Assembly (NCBI GenBank): GCA_002269645.1
Contig: NIVC01000103.1
Location: 310,001-374,000, forward strand
Direction: 5' to 3'
DNA: 64,000 nt
Source of the DNA: Macrostomum lignano
Lineage: Eukaryota
Shown one piece after another: positions 57,990-64,000 of this stretch. The translations under genes were made by a program, and so were the position numbers. Each line of letters opens with the position of its first letter. The first letter of the stretch is position 1. The notes beneath the pieces were generated by a model. It was given only the letters and a program-made list of their open reading frames with translations. It did not search any database and was not told where the DNA came from.

Positions 57990-58890
57990 TCAGGTGCTCC
58001 TCCCTTCTGCCATTTCTTTTTTTCTGGGCTGGCACCATAAGCAGGACATAACACTCATTGCGGCGTCTCCAGACACAACACTCATTGCGGCGTCTCCAGA
58101 CACAACACTCATTGCAGCGTCTCCAGACACAACACTCATTGCGGCGTCTCCAGACACAACACTCATTGCGGCGTCTCCAGACACAACACTCATTGCGGCG
58201 TCTCCAGACACAACACTCATTGCAGCGTCTCCAGACACAACACTCATTGCGGCGTCTCCAGACACAACACTCATTGCGGCGTCTCCAGACACAACACTCA
58301 TTGCGGCGTCTCCAGACACAACACTCATTGCGGCGTCTCCAGACACAACACTCATTGCGGCGTCTCCAGACACAACACTCATTGCGGCGTCTCCAGACAC
58401 AACACTCATTGCGGCGTCTCCAGACACAACACTCATTGCGGCGTCTCCAGACACAACACTCATTGCGGCGTCTCCAGACACAACACTCATTGCGGCGTCT
58501 CCAGACACACTCATTTTGGCGCTTCCTGACACAACGCTCATCTCGACGCCTCCTGACAGACTTATCTCGTCGCCTCCTGACAGACTTATCTCGTCGCCTC
58601 CTGACACACTCATCTTGTCGCCTCCTGACACACTCATCTTGTCGCCTCCTGACACACTCATCTCGGCGCCTTCTGCCACAACACTCATTGCAGCGCCTTC
58701 TGACACACTCATCATGGCGCCTCCTGACACACTCATCTTGGCGACTTTGTTGGCTGGCTCTTCGTTTTCCTCGTCTTCAATATCGACGTCTGACTCTTCC
58801 AGCTGATGAGCGGGTTTTTGCTCGGGAAAGTGGTCGTAGTAGTTAATGCTTTTGACGGAGCGGTGTCCCAGCGAGTGTCCAAATACACAC
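57990..58890 (-). CDS. Putative last exon of the ankyrin gene (acidic segment followed by repeat-encoded MSVVSGDAA)
   Basis: An 89-nt AT-rich GT-AG intron at 58979-58891 (phase 2) joins into the frame GCVFGHSLGHRSVKSINYYDHFPEQK...EESDVDIEDEENEE; true end uncertain. Confidence 0.45.
58048..58745. repeat. 27-bp array (CTCATTGCGGCGTCTCCAGACACAACA) grading into a 24-bp variant
   Basis: About 17 clean 27-mers plus about 9 degenerate 24/27-mers. Confidence 0.96.
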
Positions 58891-58979
58891 CTAAAAGAGT
58901 GCCGTGGAGTTTTTTTTCGCAGGAATATTTAAATAATAGATTGAGCAAAATTAAAAGTTGATGGTTGAGAAATTTATAC

Positions 58980-61900
58980 CCGCTTTGCCGCTCCAGCAGA
59001 AGTTTTTCGCACTGGTCTTCACTCAATTTCCGCATAGATTCCGCCTTGCTGTGCTGCATAAGAGTCAATGCGCTCTCTCCATAAGCGTTCTCCATCGTAG
59101 CTGACGCACCATTTCTCAGCAGGAGGTCAGCGCAATCGACTGACTCTGACTGAACAGCCAGCATCAAAGGTGTAGCGCCATCCATGTCCTGGATGTCCAC
59201 AGTTGGGTTTCTGTCCAGCAGCAATTCCGTGATATCCTTGTCCGCATTTAGCGCGGCCCAGTGAAGAGCCGTGCTACCAGTCTCATTTTTATTGTCAATT
59301 TCCGGACGAAACTTCTCCAACAAGTATTTGACAGACTCGGTTTTTGAATACAAAACAGCCAGCATTAACGGTGTGTTTCCATGTATGTTACGTGCGTCAA
59401 AGTATGCATACGGCAGTTGCTGCTTTATGTACTCGAATATTTCAAGATTTCCGTTTATTGCAGTGTAGTGTGCGGCGTTAAATTGTAGCCTGCACTCTTT
59501 CTTGAGATTGCACTGGAACTCCGAGTGCAATATTTTCACAAACCTACAATTTGAAGCCCACACGGCCTCCAATATCGGTGTGCCCCCATCATTATCAATC
59601 TCCTCTCTAGGGCATCCTTTTTGGAGGACATAGCGCAGCAGCGGTTCGTTCTTTGAGCAGACAGCCATGTGCAGCAGGCTGGAGCAATTCTTAGTGCGAG
59701 CGAAAGTACTGCATTGTTGTTCTTCAAAAATTCTTCTTACAATGTGAAAATTCTCACCAACCACCGCAGCTAGGGAACCTGGCAGGCCATCTATGCTGTC
59801 TCTCTGCTCTAAATCCACTCCCCTCTTGATAATCCAGTCAGCCATCTGCTCGTGGCCACTGACGAACGCCGCATTTCTTACAGACAAGAAGCCAGAGTCT
59901 TCAAAGTTGACTCCCGTGGATCGGCAGAACCAATCGAGTGTTTTCATCTGGCCCTCTTGTGCAAGTAGCTGAGGAATAGAGGGACCGGTCTTGCCGATGT
60001 GCTTCGATAGGACGCCAGTTTCATGCAGCTGTCGAACAAAGCTCATGTTGCCAGATAGAACGGCAAGATGTCCAACGCTAAATTTTGTCTTTGAATTCAT
60101 GCTAGCTTTTATTTTCTTCTTAGCGTCCCAACCTTTCTCGAGCAACATGTCGTACATTTCCATGCTTCCAACAGCAGCTGCAACATGCAATGCCGTCCTG
60201 CCACTCTTGTTGGCTTGGGTCTTATCGAATGTATATTTACCGAGAATCCACTGTAGCGTGCTCGGTTTGCCGCTTAGAACGATTATGTGTAGTATAGTAT
60301 TGCCATTGTTGTCAACATCATCTTTGGCTTCAGGGCATTGCGATAGGATTTTGGTTGCCACATCGATTCTGCCATGTATAATTGATTGAAATAAAGGAGT
60401 GCGTCCGTTAACGTCCTTTACTCTCAATTCGGCATTCTTGTCTAAAAGAAGGTTGATAATATCGCTGCGGCAAAACTCGATGGCATGGTGCAGCAAGTGT
60501 GCGCTGCCTTCGCGTCTGTCAACAGGGAGGCCTTCAGCAAACAAACGCTTTAAAACTTTTATGTTCATATTTTTCAGATTTTGCGAGAATATGCCGATAT
60601 TTCCAGGCAACTGCTTAAGATTGGCGTTTATAGTTGGGTGTTCAGACTTGAGCAGCCGAACGATTGCACTCCTGCCTTCGTAGTACGCCTTGCAAAGAAC
60701 GGACATTCCGTCTTTATTCACGGCATTCAGATCCGCACCGTTTCGGATCAGGACGGTGCACGTTTCAATTGAGTCCTTTGCAATAGCATGGAAAATTGGA
60801 GTTTCTCCTTTGTCATTAATAGCGTTGACATTCGCATGGTGCTGCAGCAGCAAAGTAACCAAGTCGTCCTTCCCAGTGCGGCAGGTGATGTGCAGAGGTG
60901 TCTCCGAGCAGTTGTTTGTTGCATCGACTTCCATGTGGTGTTCAGTGATCAATTTTTGTATCACTTCTTTCGACCCGCCCTCACAGGCAAAATGCAAAAG
61001 CGTATTGTCATTTGAATATCGTTTTGTTGTCTCATCGGAAGACAAAGGAAACATCATTGAAAATATTTTTTCATCTCCTCTCAGACACGCCAGTGACACA
61101 ACGGAGTGCCCCTGCGAGTTTGTGTGCCTTCTGTCAAGTTCGGACTCAAGTAGCAGATTGATGAGATCAGGGTCACCTTTCGGCACTGCCAGTGTCAGAC
61201 ACGAATCACCATTCTGCGTGAGAGTGTCCAAACCTACTCCTTTTTCCATGAGCTTCTTCAGACTGAGCAGCTTGTTGAATTTGCATGCTACATGAGCTGA
61301 ACTAAGACCATCTGCAGCTTTTTTAAACACATCGGATCCGCTATCGATCAGTAAGGCTGCTACTTTCTGCTTGTCTTTGACTGACTTCTCGAGAGCCAGT
61401 AGCAACGAAGTTCTGCCATCGTCCATCACATGTTCAACGTCACTGCCACTGTCAATTAGTAATTCCACTATTTTCACGTGGTCAGAGAGAATTGCATGAT
61501 CAAGGGCTGTTTTCCCTGACTCATCACTCATTGATAACAACTCTTTCTTCTTTTCGAGTAGAAACTGGGCGACCTTTATAAAACCGCCTCCGGCTGCGAT
61601 CATTAGTGGAGTTACACCGCTCGTATCTTTCGAGTCGATCGGCACGCCCAAGTTGACAATCCGCCTGACCACAGGCAAACTGCCGCCTTCACAGGCGGCG
61701 TGGATCAGCTGGCGGCCGTTTCTAGCCACTGAGTTTTTAGCGCAGCCTTTCGATAGAAGAAAATTAACAGCTTCCAGGTTTTTCTCTTTGCACGCCAGCA
61801 TCAAGGGCGTGACGCCATTCTTGTCTTCCTGATCTAAATAACACGATTTCATGCTCAGGTACCTCAGCATATCAGCGTGATTTCCCTTCACCGCGAGATA

Positions 61901-64000
61901 GGTGGAGTTCTCAGCATTTTTATTTCTCAGATGAATGTCAGCACCAAAGTCGAGCAGCTTCTCCGCCACAGACTTGTTTCCCTTGCCAGCAGCCAGCATA
62001 AACGGTGTGTTGCCATTCTTGTCTGCCAAATCGCAGTTCGCCTTCATCTCGTTTTTAAGAAATTCAATTATCTCTAAGCGTCCAGAGAGAGCAGCAAAAT
62101 GGACCGCTGTGCTCCCATTTATGTCTGTTGAATTGACGTTTGACTGCGATGGTGAAGTACTTATAATCTTCAGAACCTCAAGGTGATTGCCTTTTGCAGC
62201 TTGCATTGTGGTCGTCTCACCGGTTTTTGTAATGTTCCCGAGGTTACCTCCGACAGAGTCAGAGATCAGATAGTTCAAGGCCTCCACGCTGCCTTGCTCT
62301 ACTGCAATGCTTGTAGCGGTATTTCCTTTATTGTTTTTTGTCTCCACGTCGCACTTGAGTTCAATAAACCGCTTTATCAGGTCTAAATTTGCTGGTTGAA
62401 TTGTTGCAATAATGAGAGGCGTATTGCCTCTGTTATTTTGTTCGTCAAGGGGTGCTGATGCCCGATGAACGACTTTAAACAATTCAGTGTCGCTTTCTGA
62501 GGCAGCGAGGTGGGCCAAGCCCATGCCATTATCATCTGAAGTTGTTACGCTGCAGCCTTCGTTGTACAAGAATTCAACTAGCGAGGTCTTGCCCCGCAAC
62601 GCTGCAGCTAGAATGGCTGTGTCTCCAGACACTGCGGGAACATCCAGCTGGGCTCCGTGCTCCTTTAATAGTTTAACCGTTTTTAGATCACCATTGGCAC
62701 TTGCTCTTATGACTGGAGTTATACCTTTCTTATCCATCACTTTAACGTTGCATCCGTTGTCAAGTAGGTACTTGACAACTTCCGGTGAAGATGTCTGACA
62801 GGCTGTCAGCAGAGGTGTCTCTCCGTCTTTTTCGTTCACGTGATCCAGAGGCAAGCCTAACTTGTGGAGCTTCTTAAGAATTTCGAATCGCTTGAATGAA
62901 GTGGCAAGGATCACCAGATCGTGTCCATCTTTGTCAAGGACTCTGGGGTTCGCATTCTTTTTAATTAACAAGTCGAATATTTCTTGACTTCCTGACATAA
63001 TGCTGTGAGCAAGAGGGCAAGTTTCATTCGCATCTTTCTTGTTCACATCCGCTCCGGCCTCAATAAAAAGCCTTGAAATACCCACATTGCTTGTCTGAAT
63101 TGCATAAAACAAAGGAGTTCTACCGTTTTTGTTAACGCGGTTTACGTCATAACCTCTCTTCAAGAGTAGCTTCGCGATCTTTTCGAACCCATTCTGCGCT
63201 GCGCAGAACAAGGGAGAGCTATTTGAGTTTTCTGGTAAATCCAGATTTGCTTTATATTTATCAACGAGTTCTAAAATTTCCATTGAGCCACTGAGCACCG
63301 CTGCGAATGCGATGGTTCGACCATCCTTATACTGTTGATCGGCCGGACACTTGTTTTCCTGCTTTGGGAAATTCTTCAGCCAATAGTCAATCATTTGCCT
63401 TTTTCCTTTCGAGACAAGGCGTAGAATGGTTTCATCGTGAACTTTCGGATCATACTGGAGGGCCTGCTGCTTTGCCTCTAGCAACTCGAGAATCTCTAAG
63501 TCCTCAAGCATTAAGGCTATATCAGCTGCAGTCAGATTTTTTTTATTTTTATTTGTCAGGTCTGTGCCCCTTTCAACAAGAATGCGGACGAGCAATCGAT
63601 GCTTTTTCATTACAGCAAGCATTAGCGGAGTGTCGCCGTCACGGTCCACTGCGTTGACATCGGCACCCCTGGACAGCAGCAAATTCGCTATGTCTGCTTC
63701 GTTCTCTTGCGCCGCCAAATGCAGCGGTGTCGTCTTCCTTGGACCAGGGCTATTCACGTTGACACCTGTCTGAAGAATCTGACTGCAGAAGTTAACGTCT
63801 CCCATTTTGATGGAAAAAAACAGGGCCTGAACATCTTTCTCCATTTGATCGTCGCCGTCTTCATCACTTTCACTGCTGGACGAGTCGCTGGACGAGTTTT
63901 CTTTTTCTTCGGTTGCAGTTTTTTTAAACTGCTTTCGATGCTTCTTCCATTCTTCCCATTGCTTTTTAAGAAATTCTTCGAACTGGCTGAAATCTTGCGG
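58980..64000 (-). CDS. Very large ankyrin-repeat protein, continuous frame of more than 5 kb, 5-prime end outside the window
   Basis: Dozens of G.TPL..A...G...V..LL repeats; the frame stays open for 52 codons upstream of the track ATG at 63844 to the window edge. Confidence 0.92.

Noticed and set aside
58733-58979. Ankyrin C-terminus as given in the ORF track (YKFLNHQLLILL...)
   Set aside because: AT-rich with GT-AG ends, so probably read-through of an 89-nt intron; not proven

Overview
Repeat-dense animal genomic DNA, most likely a free-living flatworm such as Macrostomum. This is inferred from the density of 12-49 bp minisatellites, GC3-rich exons and the TE spectrum; it was not checked by a search. 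Host genes: (1) the terminal exon of a heparan sulfate 3-O-sulfotransferase (+, 10343-11078); (2) four co-oriented minus-strand genes, MRPS21, TMEM161, MRPS35 and a 5-exon PNLDC1/Trimmer-type PARN-family exonuclease with a C-terminal membrane anchor (39016 down to 20586); (3) a very large ankyrin-repeat gene running off the right edge. Mobile DNA: an intact Ty3/Gypsy LTR retrotransposon (identical 315-bp LTRs, GCTG target duplication, tRNA-Arg PBS, candidate -1 frameshift), a Mutator-like FLYWCH element, two MITEs, six tRNA-headed SINE copies, and decayed RTE and Jockey/I LINEs. About 25 tandem or low-complexity arrays explain most long ORFs in the supplied track. The best lead is that the four-gene cluster is a spliced-leader trans-spliced operon whose spacers are inflated by minisatellites, with TMEM161 possibly taking its initiator AUG from the spliced leader.
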